The translations under genes were made by a program, and so were the position numbers. Below, piece by piece: positions 50,801 through 61,785 of a stretch of DNA of 64,000 nt; the stretch's first letter is position 1; each line of letters starts with the position of its first letter. The stretch lies in contig NW_020847063.1 of the NCBI RefSeq assembly GCF_003704095.1, positions 62,001 through 126,000 of the forward strand, read 5' to 3'. The notes below the pieces were generated by a model. It had not been told where the DNA came from, did not search any database, and was given only the letters and a program-made list of their open reading frames with translations. The DNA is from Pocillopora damicornis (Eukaryota).

Positions 50801-53800
50801 AAAGGGTTAACTAGCAAAATTTTAGAGAGTAACAGTTGTTGTACTCACCAATATGTTCAATATTTGACAGAATTATTGGCCTCAGGGTTTGTAATTTGAC
50901 ACTCTGTTCACAAACACCTGGAAGAGTAGCCACTGCATGGTTCTTCCCTTTCATTGACTGGCTGTGCCGCAGTCCTCTTCTCACGCCACCTGATTTTATT
51001 TTCTTAGAAATATTATGAGCACTCAACCTTAAAAAAAAACAACAACAATGAGGGCAGCCTCAGAGTAAGAACACATAAAAATCAACACTCTGTATTCAAT
51101 CCAACCTGGAATCAATGTAAAAATGACAACTCATGAATTCAATTAGTTTACCACTGTCTGCTTTTCTTTCCATGCAATTAAAAAAAATGTATGTACTGGA
51201 GACTTGTGGCCCATTCAGCTAGAGCTTGTCCCTGTTTCCATTAGATAGTAGTTTTTACTGACTAGGAGTATTACTACAGTACTCTTTCCCAGATGGGATG
51301 CTAGTTTATTACACAGTTACCCCCAAGCTTCCCTGACAATTTGCTGGTACCCATTTATAACTCCTGAGTGGAGGGGCACTGTGAAAGTTATGTGTTACTT
51401 TTTCCCAAGAACACAACACAAGTAACCTGGTCAGACCCAATCAAACCCAGACCTCTCAAACCACAATCCAATGCACTAAACAGTAGGTCATCATGCCTCC
51501 CACATCTATTTAATGACCAAGATGCTACATTACACCACACCTTTTATTTGGTTTCCTTGGGTGAGTTGCTTCAAAACTCCTGATTGCGTGACATTTAGAG
51601 TGGCTAGGAGAGGCCTTCCTAGAGCTTGTTTGAAAGTGATGCCCTCTCCTTGCCACTTCCTCAGGATCAGCATCAACAAACTCATGTTCATCTAGGCCAT
51701 GCTGCAACAAAAAAAAATGTTGGAAGCTTAAAATTGTTTCTCACAACAACTAACAACATACATTATCATAAACAAATCTATCTTATATATCTTTTATGGT
51801 CCACTTTAGCCAATTTAAACAGACAGTCAAAACCAAACAAAGGCTACTCAAATCCAGCCTAAGTTATGGTTTGAAAACTAGTAGATCTAAACTTGCACAT
51901 TAACTGGTGTCCCGTGACCAAGGAGAAGGTCAAATGTCACCTTCAAACCAACAGTCTTTATGTATGTCCTGTACTTCCAAGATGTGAGAGTACAAATTAG
52001 AAGAATTACATGCTGAATTCAGTATCATAGGGTAGTTGGCTCATTACAGTAGCCACAACACGTCTTTGATTAATTTCTTATGGTTTCAGTGACACTAAAA
52101 CTAATAGCCCTACAGGGATTTCAATAACTTCTTTATAAGTAGTTTTAGATGGTGTATGAGGCAGCTATGCCGTAAGACAAAACCCAAACATGAGAGGCTG
52201 CTCACAGGCTAAACTGAAGATGGTGAGAGGTCTTAAATGCAGTGCTACACTAGCTGTAACCAGCTTCCATTGAAACCCTGGTTTTCATTGGTATGGGTAA
52301 TAAAATGATTTCTCAAGAATGGTGTAAACAAGCATAAGCAAATTTTTCAAAGACAACAAAATTGCACAAGCCCATAGGGAAAGTGCAATTTGTAGTCTTT
52401 GTGAAAAGCCTTAGGAAGTTTCGTTATTTTGTGGAAAGCTTTAAGATGTTTCCTTTTGCAGCTCATACTACTGCTCCATGATATACTAACTTAACCCTTT
52501 AACTCCTGTAAGTGACCAAGAAAGAATTTCTCCTAACAACATCAATACAATATCAAGCTGAAGAGTGATAAGAATAAAAAAAAAGATCAATTATGTGATT
52601 ATTAATTGATCCAATACCAAATTCTCCAAACTAATACAATAAAAATAATATGGTACATGATAGGGAGAATTTCTAATGATATCTTGAGAGTTAAAGGGTT
52701 AAAATGTATTATTGAACAAGCTTGCCAGAGCATAAACTTATTTGATACTCATCACTCATGAATGTCCACTTGCATGACAACAAGCAAAGAAATAAGAAAT
52801 GAGATGCTACGTGTATATTCCTCTTTCTCCACTCTGTTCCACCTACAATAACCACTAAAAACCCTTATCAGGATTTCTCTTTCCTCTATGAATGAATTAT
52901 CAATAGTTTTTTCCATACAACATTAGCTACTTTTTTATAATGATGAGAAATGCTCCCTCAAAAAAATGTGTCTACCTTCATATGAGAACCAGCAAAAATA
53001 ACTCTGTAGGTGGTGATGTGGAGTACTCCTTCTGTAATATCATCAAAGGTGTCCACACATGTTACATGATCCTGCTGTGAAATAATCTGCTCTCCAGGTA
53101 GCAAAGGTGGATGGGTGTAAAATTTTTCTTGACCACAGATCTTGGAAGGCTGAAAGAAGAGAACAAAGTGCAAACTACATCAAGGATTAAACACAGTGAG
53201 CCTCAGTTACATTTTGAGCATCTTAAACATAAAAAAATAAAGATTCCTTTTTTCCAGAAACGTTAATCCTCTTCAACTTAATGTAAACCAAACATATTGC
53301 TTTCCATTATATTTGTTGCCTGTTGATGTGTTTTCTAAGCCATGAAGAGTTTTTTTTCTTTGAACTCCCAACTGAAATAATTAGAAATAAATTATTTTCC
53401 TATGATCCTTGACCAGGCCAGCCAATTAAATTAAAAAACTGCTGTCTGCTTTCCAAAAAATATCATTTTGTGTCTGGTAGTCTTTCTAATTTGATTAAGA
53501 AAATATGGAATTAACATGTATTTATTTAATTGAAACAAAAAAATATTGAATGAATGCAAGTTATTATTTTGGTACTTGTGAACTACTGCTACTTCTCACA
53601 GTGTTCAGCAATATTAATGCATGAGAGAATTATGAGTGGCAGTTTCTGTATTAGTAGGGAATATGTATCAATAGACAATGTTTCAAGTAACATTAATTGT
53701 ATTAACTTCTTGTTAAAATCTCTTGTCACTAATTATCAGGATTACTTGAGATTAAAGAGATAAAAATGATTAGACTAGTAATATGATGCAATATTATTGT

Positions 53801-56800
53801 ATCATTTCTACTTGCAGAAACAGGTTCCTTAACACATCAATGATAATGAAATACACACAGTGTACACTGTCCATATGGCACTCAAATCATCAGAAAACAG
53901 ACTTAAAGCACAATAGGCCAATATCCTCCTGACTCATTCTGACAAATTAAATTTATTTGCACACTGAGATACCAGTGTTATTTATCACTGCTTACCTCAC
54001 AGCATTCCCCAACATCACACAAATAACACCTAAACACTGTGCTGCGCATCTCTGACAAGAGTAACCCAGGAAAGAGGTCATCAAAACCCTTAATTTCTTG
54101 CTCATGAACAGCAGAAATTTGTTTTGAAAATAATGCACAGTTTCTACATTATACATCTTTGTAAAATTGCATTGTAATGTCCTAGGATTATAATCTTCAT
54201 TACTGCCAAAACCAACACATACATGTAGGTATTTTTGGTGTTTTTCATACACTTGGCATGTGACCGAAAAAGGAATTAAAAAAACTTGCAAAGGAAATCA
54301 GAGATAACAAACTCAGACAATCCAAACAAGACCGCACACCCTTCTACCTGCAGGAAAGGTGTTGATTAGTCTCTGAGGAATTCAAGGTCACCCAGTGTCA
54401 AGATTATGAAAAGTTAAAATTGACACCATTACAATATTTTCTTACTTTTGAAAAAACACTTGAAGAAGAAGAATGGACTTAAATTTTAACTCAACAGAAG
54501 CAAAAAATCTCTAAAACAAACATTACCCCAGTATATATCCTCTCTTTATTTCCTTGTGTTCACAATGCAATTAAAATGAATATTTAGAATGTTCAGAAAT
54601 GTTGTTTTGGCTGCCAAATAAGCTAGTGGTCTGATATAATTTTTAAGCCGCCTGCATACATATTATTATTCACAAATTCTTTATAATTTTGTCAATCTTA
54701 TTTCTCTTGTCTGCCCAATGTACACCAAATGTATTTCTGACCTAAGCTAGAAAAGCTAGTCTGCATTTAGAGTCAAAGTTTGCTCTTCTTTCAGATAGTG
54801 AGATTGATATTGATTTTAACTTTCCAAAAAGGCTACGTCTTTTCCATGATACATAGTAAATTTAGGGATAGTTCTTCAAAAAAAAAAAAAAAAACTTAAC
54901 ACTTTGACTCCCAAGATCTTACTAACAATTTTCCTTACAGTCTGCCATACAATTCTTATTATGTAAGTTTGGAGACTTTGAAAGCAGATGAACTAAAAAT
55001 CCCCTAATTTATATTCTTCTTTATTCTCTTCACTTGTCTACTTGATATCATATAGTTATTGTAGGGAGAAATTCTGTTTTGGTCACTCATGGGAATTAAA
55101 TGGTTAATAATCAATAGATGACCACAATTAACTTTAAGTGGAATTATGACCAACTCCTCATTATTTAATATTCCATTTTATTATATAGATACTGATATGA
55201 TATGATATGATGATATGATGAAATGACATGATTTTGTTCACTAGTACCAACAGTGTCATCTAGCCATTGTCAATATCTCTTTAATCTGTACATATATCTG
55301 TTTATCTGTGATACAAAGCTCAGTGGAATTGCCAGACACTCAATTTTTATTGCAACTACATGTGTTATAAAGATCACCAAAGAAATCATGTCAAGTAAGG
55401 TGTTATAGTTTGCTCACATACTTGTAGCGATTTCTTTAGTACAGTAGCTTGAGTGTAGATGATGTAAAAGTATGAGCAGTATGATTCATTCTAAAGTTAA
55501 GTCTTGTGAAGAATTTCTAAGCTTTGTAGCAAGCTATAGTAGGCTTGAATTAGGCTATCAGCTGAAATTTCAAGTAAGGTAGCTCAAAAATAAAATTTGC
55601 TAACCAACGATAGCTAGCCGAAAATCCAGCCAGTGATCACCCCTTTTTTAATAGGTGGATTTTGCTAGCAGTTGGTGCTTAAGGACAATGTTTCTGTGAG
55701 TAGAGCAGGTGGCAATTATTGTCACTGACATGTATAACCGACTAACCCTATTTATTATTGTATTTCCAATGTTAATCAGAATAATCCAACTTGAACTAAA
55801 AAATCAATGCATTCCTACAAAAAGGAATCTAAAGATAGAGAAACTGACATTGAGCACATCTCTGTTTACTAAACTACAAACAACAGTAAATGTTGTAATG
55901 CTATTTTTAAGGATTTTCTATTGTGTGAACTTCAAAAAATAATTTGTAGTTTGAAAAGGAAATCAGTTGTCAAAGTTTCCTCCCTTATGAAAAAGAGGTA
56001 AAATAACTTTCATTCTTCCTACAACAAACAGCGTACACTCAAACATCTAACAAACCAAACAGCCTTTAAACCTCAGGATAGCACAATAAACTATGCAATG
56101 AAAAGAGAGGATGTAACCTGGTTTTAGCTCTTTTTTAAATAACAATACAAATAAAAAATAAATATTAAGTTATTTTTCAGCTGTATGGATTATCTCACAT
56201 TAAGCACAAGAATGGCTGAGGCCAAGCATTTTCAGTTTGGGATAAACTTGTTTAAAACTACTGCTAAATTGCGGTTTTCAATAATAACAATTGTAAATTC
56301 CGCCTGATCACCTAACTAAATAATTCATTGCTTGAATAACTGATTGACTTCTATTAGATCACATGTATATTACTTCAAAGCAATGGAATTTTCTACTCCT
56401 GTAAAAACTTGCAATTCACATATTTCCATTTAAATATGAATAATTTTCAGTGTTGCGCGACAGTAAGAAAATGAAAGTTACTGTCTCAGACTTTACATAA
56501 TACAAAATCGAAGGGTTATCAACCACTATTAATCATGTCAGAACCCAATATTATCCAGAACTAAGCCACCCATAGAATATACATGTATCGTTCATGTAAT
56601 CACTCAACAGGCTAATTTAAGAAACAATGAAGTTTTTAGATCACGCAGAAAAACTAGTCATGTTCAAAAATAAATTAAAATCGTTCAGTTGGAGCTTCGC
56701 AAATAGGCTATTGCTGATTTGAGCTAAAAATATAACATGTCACACCACTTTTCCGTTATTGCGAAAAATATTTAGACTACCTAAAAACTTAAGTGTATGA

Positions 56801-57040
56801 TTTTGAGTTCCACGATTGACAATCGTCAGATAACACAAACTAACCCTCACTTCAACAGAAATGAACTCCTGCAGCGTATTGGTCTTTGTTCCTCAATATA
56901 CGTAGTTTAGTTTAAAACATTAGTTTAAAACATTAGTTTTAAACAGTTGTCTCTAATATTTTACTTACCGATACGTTTGACGAAGGCGCTTCATTGAATA
57001 TCCTTAATAGCTGATCTGGCGTGATAGAGGTCCTTTCCAT
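35884..57040 (-). CDS. Myotubularin-related pseudophosphatase (GRAM, inactive PTP, coiled coil, C-terminal PH), 25 exons, ~979 aa; loosely MTMR5/13-like but without DENN
   Basis: Phase-consistent GT-AG exons in transcript order: 56969-57040, 52976-53149, 51541-51701, 50918-51027, 49964-50109, 49321-49392, 48324-48429, 47733-47783, 47482-47572, 47250-47336, 46658-46759, 46362-46447, 45834-45939, 45262-45418, 44466-44525, 43948-44067, 43618-43668, 42711-42782, 41293-41402, 40176-40314, 39057-39477, 38074-38148, 37602-37676, 36376-36455, 35884-36099 (2940 nt). Motifs: [103 protein letters not shown]. The first exon is the least certain. Confidence 0.88.
37097..37252. repeat. Foldback (long inverted repeat)
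   Basis: attggttcatacgtcagc.gtgcgttcatcgagatatgaa..ttggagagcac pairs with gtgctctccaa..ttcatatctcgatgaacgcacgctgacgtacgaaccaat. Confidence 0.8.
38765..39032 (-). mobile_element. tRNA-derived SINE
   Basis: Homologous to 51205-51502 (gagtattactac..gatgggatgc, cttccctgac, ccc.agaaca.aacac). Confidence 0.6.
41657..41872. mobile_element. Penelope-derived foldback insertion flanked by a 15-bp target-site duplication
   Basis: Near-perfect inverted arms of the same family as 27575-27895; flanks tttgatgttaataag (41642-41656) and tttggtgttaataag (41873-41887). Confidence 0.75.
42319..42516. mobile_element. piggyBac-type MITE
   Basis: TTAAcccttt...ggggttagaaggTTAA. Confidence 0.75.
43326..43425. other. 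Assembly gap (100 N)
   Basis: N run inside a myotubularin intron; the flanking exons join without a missing motif. Confidence 1.
45672..45760 (-). mobile_element. Penelope-derived repeat fragment
   Basis: tatcaactgagttgat..ggccaccgta..cgagcgtcagccctttgtcagagcgaa, a single degenerate arm. Confidence 0.6.
48037..48240. mobile_element. piggyBac-type MITE (degenerate ends)
   Basis: Internal sequence is the reverse complement of the 20406 element (cccaagatct..ctgccatacaattc..cttggtcac). Confidence 0.65.
49630..49897 (-). mobile_element. Probable tRNA-derived SINE of a second family
   Basis: Minus-strand head tggttagctcacattgaagagcac..gaggttgagggttt; the body is unrelated to the first SINE family. 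Confidence 0.4.
50358..50453 (-). mobile_element. SINE 5' head (tRNA-like)
   Basis: Minus strand TGGGTTAATGG (A box) ... GGTTCAAGACC (B box), followed by SINE body gtgttatgttcttgggca. Confidence 0.55.
50598..50810. mobile_element. piggyBac-type MITE
   Basis: ccctttaaatccca...gagttaaagggTTAA. Confidence 0.75.
51205..51502 (-). mobile_element. tRNA-derived SINE
   Basis: Same family as 38765 and 50358; decayed tRNA-like head at the right end. Confidence 0.6.
52491..52702. mobile_element. piggyBac-type MITE
   Basis: TTAAccctttaactc...gagttaaagggTTAA; close to the 20406 copy. Confidence 0.82.
54896..55107. mobile_element. piggyBac-type MITE
   Basis: TTAAcactttgactccca...tgggaattaaatggTTAA. Confidence 0.75.
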
Positions 57041-57431
57041 ACCCTTCTTGCAAACTAATAAAATTCATCGAAGGCCAACTACGACTTCCGTTTTCCTCAA
57101 CACCTCTAACCTTCCGCCATAACTCTCTCGAAGACATTAATCACGTGACACAAATAAATCAGAGTTCTTACAGAGATTCCAATTGGATAAGTTAAAACAA
57201 CCAATTGGAAGAGCTGTTGTACTCTGACTTTTTCGAGCCCAGGGTCCTTTTAGCTCCTTGTCAGCGGAATGGTAGCCCAATGCGTGAAGGGATTTCACGA
57301 TTTCACGGAAAAATGATGATGTAACACTTTGGGATCACGCCGAAATATGTGTGGTTGACTAGTAATTTCTATCCAACATTCTTCGTCTTGGTTCTAAACT
57401 GCTAAAAAGCGCAGAGATCTGGTCGGTGAAT
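57041..57431. promoter_or_regulatory. Bidirectional promoter region between the myotubularin-like gene and MTRR
   Basis: 391 bp between divergent ATGs; ACTTCCG (ETS-like, 57084), CCGCCAT (YY1-like, 57114), TCACGTGAC (E-box/CLEAR-like, 57141), two CCAATTGG palindromes (57179, 57201). Confidence 0.6.
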
Positions 57432-59717
57432 ATGCCTGTAAGCAGTTCATTAGCAAACAAATTTACCATCCTGTACGGTTCTCAGACGGGTCAAGCGAAA
57501 GCAATTGCCGAAGAAATCCATGAATTCTCTGAACAACATGGCCTGGATTCGAACCTTTTCTGTCTCAGTCTAACGGAGAAGAAGTTTAACCTAGAGAAAG
57601 AAACCCTTGTGGTGTTTGTAGTGTCAACAACAGGAGAGGGGGATCCTCCAGATACCATGTGTAAGTTTTTTAGAAGACTGAAGAAGAAGACTTTGCCCAG
57701 TAACCATTTAGAAAATTGTCGTTACGCCTTACTCGCGCTTGGGGACACCAATTACACAAATTTCTGTAACAACGGTAAAAACCTTGACAAGAGATTACTG
57801 GAGTTAGGGGCACAGCACTTCTACGACACTGGTTATGCTGATGATGCAGTTGGTTTGGAGTTGGTAGTGGAACCATGGATGGAAGGACTATGGTCTGCAC
57901 TGAGAAAGCAGTTGGGTCTGGAGACACAGAATGGTGGCATGTCTGATGTTGAGGCAAAAGTTCCTGTGATTGATTCACCAGAACAACCCCTCACTCAAAG
58001 TAAATCTTTAAAGGTTTTAGCTGACTCAGTCTTAGAGAACACTAGTAATGGTGGTTTGCATGAGACAGATTCAGTTGTTGTTGTTACAAATAGTCACAGC
58101 TGTGACCAACTAGGTGGAAGGAGTCTTACCAATGCTGCATCAATAGCAGTGGTTAAAGCAAAACCTCCTGGTGATCAGAATTTACCAGCCATAGATAATG
58201 ATGGCCCAGTTGCATGCAACGGTGAGCATACCTCAACACCCACCTTAAGTGATCAGTTAAAACAGTCTTTGCCCCCCTTGTCAACTTCTGCCTTGTCCAT
58301 ACCACAATTATCACCAGCTTATTTACAGGTAAGCTTCCATCCTGATTACAAATGGGACTGCTCTACATTACCTGTACAAGCTGGTGCAAGCTTTCCAAGT
58401 GCTGTAACTGAAGTCTCCATGGCAACAGTTGTTTCAGCAAGGCAGCTGACAGAAAGTCACTCAATAAAGACAGCTTTGGATATAGAACTGGATATCACAG
58501 ACTGTAACATGAACTACAAACCTGGGGACTCTTTTGGTATTGTTTGTCCAAACCCCAAGGATGAAGTTGATGAACTGATATCAAGGTTGGATTTGAGTGA
58601 GAAAGCAGGTATTCCATTCTCCATTCAGTTAATTCCATCTTCAACCAAAAAGGCAGCATGTGTTCCAAACTACATACCTGAGTACTCCACCATTAAGTAT
58701 ACTCTGCTAACATGCCTGGAAATCAGAAGTGTTCCAAGCAAAGCTCTTGTAAGGGTTATGGCAGAGCACACAGCTGATCCACAAGAGAAGAGGAGACTCC
58801 AAGAACTTTGCAGCAAACAAGGCACAGGTGATTACACCAAGTTTGTCAGAGAACCTTACTTGTCTTTGCTGGACTTACTCAACACCTTTCCATCATGCAA
58901 GCCTCCATTTGAAAGGCTATTAGAACTTTTGCCCCGCTTGAAAGCACGTCCTTACTCAGTGTCAAGCTCACCTTTGGAAAATCCCAATGGTCTTCACTTT
59001 GTTTTCAACATTGTGGAATTTCCAGCCTTGGAAGGTGTAAGGGGCCAAAGACAAGGTGTTTGTACTGGATGGTTGGCTTCTACCACAAAAAGTCTGGGGG
59101 AAGTTTTAATTGGTAGTAACAAGGAATTTGATGTTGACCTGTCTCAGTTGTTAGTGAAAGATAGACCAAAAGTTCCAGTGTTCCAGCGCAAAAATCTCCA
59201 CTTCAAACTGCCAAGTGCTCCTAACACACCTATCATTATGATTGGTCCTGGCACAGGGGTAGCACCTTTTATAGGCTTTCTGCAGCACAGGGAACTCATC
59301 TTAAAGGCCTCTAATGACCAAGAGCCTCTTGGAGAATCATGGCTCTTCTTTGGCTGTCGTCATAAGGAAAAAGATTACCTGTACCGTAAGGAACTTGAAT
59401 GTTACTTGTCTACTGGTGTTTTGTCACACCTCTTCCTCTCCTTCTCTCGTGATACAGTTGATGATTTGTCCAGTAAACCAACACCAAAATATGTTCAAGA
59501 CAACTTGAGAAGCCATGCCACTGAAGTAGCTGAACAACTGTTTAACAAACAAGCAGTGGTTTATGTTTGTGGAGATGCAGACAACATGGCCAAAAATGTT
59601 TTTGATGCTTTTCTGGAGATTACTCAAGAGTACAAAGGGGTAGACATAGCTGAGGCACGCAAGGAAATGATGAAGCTGCGCGAAAACAAGCAATACCTCG
59701 AAGACATTTGGACTTAG
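57432..59717 (+). CDS. MTRR: Methionine synthase reductase (diflavin FMN/FAD/NADPH oxidoreductase), intronless CDS, 761 aa
   Basis: Flavodoxin motifs LYGSQTGQAKAIAE, STTGEGDPP, LGDTNY and the MTRR-typical HFYDTGYADDAVGLELVVEPW; EKRRLQELCSKQG; RPYS; GVCTGWL; MIGPGTGVAPF; LFFGCR; YVCGDA; C-terminal YLEDIWT. First ATG at 57432. Confidence 0.95.
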   Translation: MPVSSSLANKFTILYGSQTGQAKAIAEEIHEFSEQHGLDSNLFCLSLTEKKFNLEKETLVVFVVSTTGEGDPPDTMCKFFRRLKKKTLPSNHLENCRYALLALGDTNYTNFCNNGKNLDKRLLELGAQHFYDTGYADDAVGLELVVEPWMEGLWSALRKQLGLETQNGGMSDVEAKVPVIDSPEQPLTQSKSLKVLADSVLENTSNGGLHETDSVVVVTNSHSCDQLGGRSLTNAASIAVVKAKPPGDQNLPAIDNDGPVACNGEHTSTPTLSDQLKQSLPPLSTSALSIPQLSPAYLQVSFHPDYKWDCSTLPVQAGASFPSAVTEVSMATVVSARQLTESHSIKTALDIELDITDCNMNYKPGDSFGIVCPNPKDEVDELISRLDLSEKAGIPFSIQLIPSSTKKAACVPNYIPEYSTIKYTLLTCLEIRSVPSKALVRVMAEHTADPQEKRRLQELCSKQGTGDYTKFVREPYLSLLDLLNTFPSCKPPFERLLELLPRLKARPYSVSSSPLENPNGLHFVFNIVEFPALEGVRGQRQGVCTGWLASTTKSLGEVLIGSNKEFDVDLSQLLVKDRPKVPVFQRKNLHFKLPSAPNTPIIMIGPGTGVAPFIGFLQHRELILKASNDQEPLGESWLFFGCRHKEKDYLYRKELECYLSTGVLSHLFLSFSRDTVDDLSSKPTPKYVQDNLRSHATEVAEQLFNKQAVVYVCGDADNMAKNVFDAFLEITQEYKGVDIAEARKEMMKLRENKQYLEDIWT

Positions 59718-59794
59718 TGATACATGTAGGAAAAATTATGGACACATATAACTTGATACTAACCAATTGAAATAGCTTAGTAACGGCACTAGGA

Positions 59795-59930
59795 TATCTC
59801 AGATCAACGCCAATATCTGATCAATTGTGGATCCACCCCTCCCCTAACCCATCATTAGCCCCAGCTTGCTATCAATTGACTTTTGTTTGGTTAGGGGAGG
59901 GCTAGATTGGTCGAATACTGACATTGATTG
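59795..59930. repeat. Short hairpin-type MITE-like repeat downstream of MTRR
   Basis: ccctcccctaacc ... ggttaggggaggg and atcaa.g.ca.tat ... atactgacattgat inverted arms. Confidence 0.5.
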
Positions 59931-61116
59931 TATACCTCCATAAATCCAGTAATACTTTAAATTTCCATAGAGGTCAAGGAAATGCTCCGTGGTTGAGACA
60001 CATCTGTCCTGTCAATGCATGTATGTTGGAATGTACACGTAAAGGGGGAAACAAGAAAAAGAAGGGGGCCTGGTTATTGTGAATGCCATATTGTTTCATC
60101 CAATTACATACAAGACTGGGGACTACATGTTTTGGGTTCAAAGGCACCAAGGATTCCACAAAGTTTGCCCAAACCAAGTGGATAATTCTAAATGTGGAAT
60201 CATTTTGCTCATTTAAACTGTTGCTGGTGAATTATGCTCAAATGCTCAATTTCACTCAAATCCTGGAAGTGGCTCCTGTACAAATTTCTTGGTAGGTATT
60301 TCAGTAATGGTGCATTTTTTATCAGTACATATGGTAAATTAACCTTTCCTGAGGTGCTGACAAGGTGAATTTGTTTAACAAATGAGCTTCTTCAGTTGGA
60401 GATCATTGCTTTTATTCTCATGACCTTTATGTGATATTCTGGGGTGACACTGTATGGAGAAATTACATGCTAGTCACTCTTAGGGTTAAGTTAAAGTAGC
60501 TGGCAAAAGAAGGCAGATTAATGAGTGGGTTTTGCCAGTTCTTATTTATGACCCTGGGCAGATGTTAATTTGGGATCTCCCTAGTTGACCTCCCTTCTGC
60601 TACTGTATATTCCACACAAAACATCGTCAAAATACTTGGTTAACCAGGGTATAACTTTTTGAGGCATATTTCAGTGGAAAACAAACAATGGAAAATTGTT
60701 GGTCTTCTGGTAGAGCAGCCAGTGGTGGCTGAAAGAATGATGCAACAATATGTTCTTACTTTCACCTATCTCTTATTTAATAGTGTGATCAATTCTTCTG
60801 GCAGCAGGCCAGTCAAGAATAGGGCAATCCAATGAAATTTTCAGAACTGTTAGTGTTAGTTGCTGGGTGATTTTTTCACTCAGAGGGTTAAAAGTGGTAC
60901 AGAAACTTCAAGTCAAGGAGAAAGTAATGCTTTATTTTAAAATTAATGAATAATACATTATTGATTACAGTAATACTGTTTACCATCTTTGGAATGAGCA
61001 AATTTAAAATCCTTCCATATTATTGATCTTTAAGTCAATTTTTGTGGGATTGCTTGTTGAATTCCTTCCAGCAAAAAGTTAAATTTGTAGAGGCTAATGA
61101 ATGCCTGCTTCTTTGG

Positions 61117-61332
61117 CTCAATCCTCTAACTCCCAAGATCCACTTAAAAATTCTCCCTACTGGCTGCTATACATTTCTTTGTATATTAGACAGGAGAGCT
61201 TGGTACTGGATTGAGATAACACTAAGTAGCTGATTAGCTTGTCTGTTCTCATTACCAAGATTTTGCAAGATAAATTATTAGAAATATAATGAGAAGTTTT
61301 ACGTGAATTGCTTCTGAGGGTCAAAAGGTTAA
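61117..61332. mobile_element. piggyBac-type MITE (degenerate)
   Basis: cctctaactcccaagatc...gggtcaaaaggTTAA. Further partial copies near 43170, 47065 and 60340. Confidence 0.65.
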
Positions 61333-61785
61333 CTTGGTCACTATGTCAGCTAATCAATTTAATTAAACTGCTTGTGAGGAAGGAACACAATTCATATAAA
61401 GGCTCTGTCGAGGTAGACTTACTCCATCAATAAATATTATTTTTCAGTTTAATTTCATGAGTGGAAGTCTTTGTTAACTTGTGCACAAAATGTTTTCCTA
61501 TTTCTTCTATCAACAAATTTTATGGAAACTTCTTTCAAAACACCACTTCAGAAATTAATTAATCAAAATAACTGAGTCTCACAAAATTCATGTGACAAGG
61601 TTGTGCTAAGATGCACATAAAGGCCTTGGAGGAATATTCAACTAATGTGGGTCTTCATTGGTTTTAGTCAGGTGAAAGCTCGTTATGTGTTTTTACTCTG
61701 GATTATTATTAGGTTGTAACAATAAACCATTGTGATCATTTTTGTTTTGATGGTTTAATATTGATTCAAAACTGCTCCAACGCTT

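Noticed and set aside
35884-57040. Assigning the symbol SBF2/MTMR13
   Set aside because: No DENN domain, a different dead P-loop and a different PH type; orthology is unproven.
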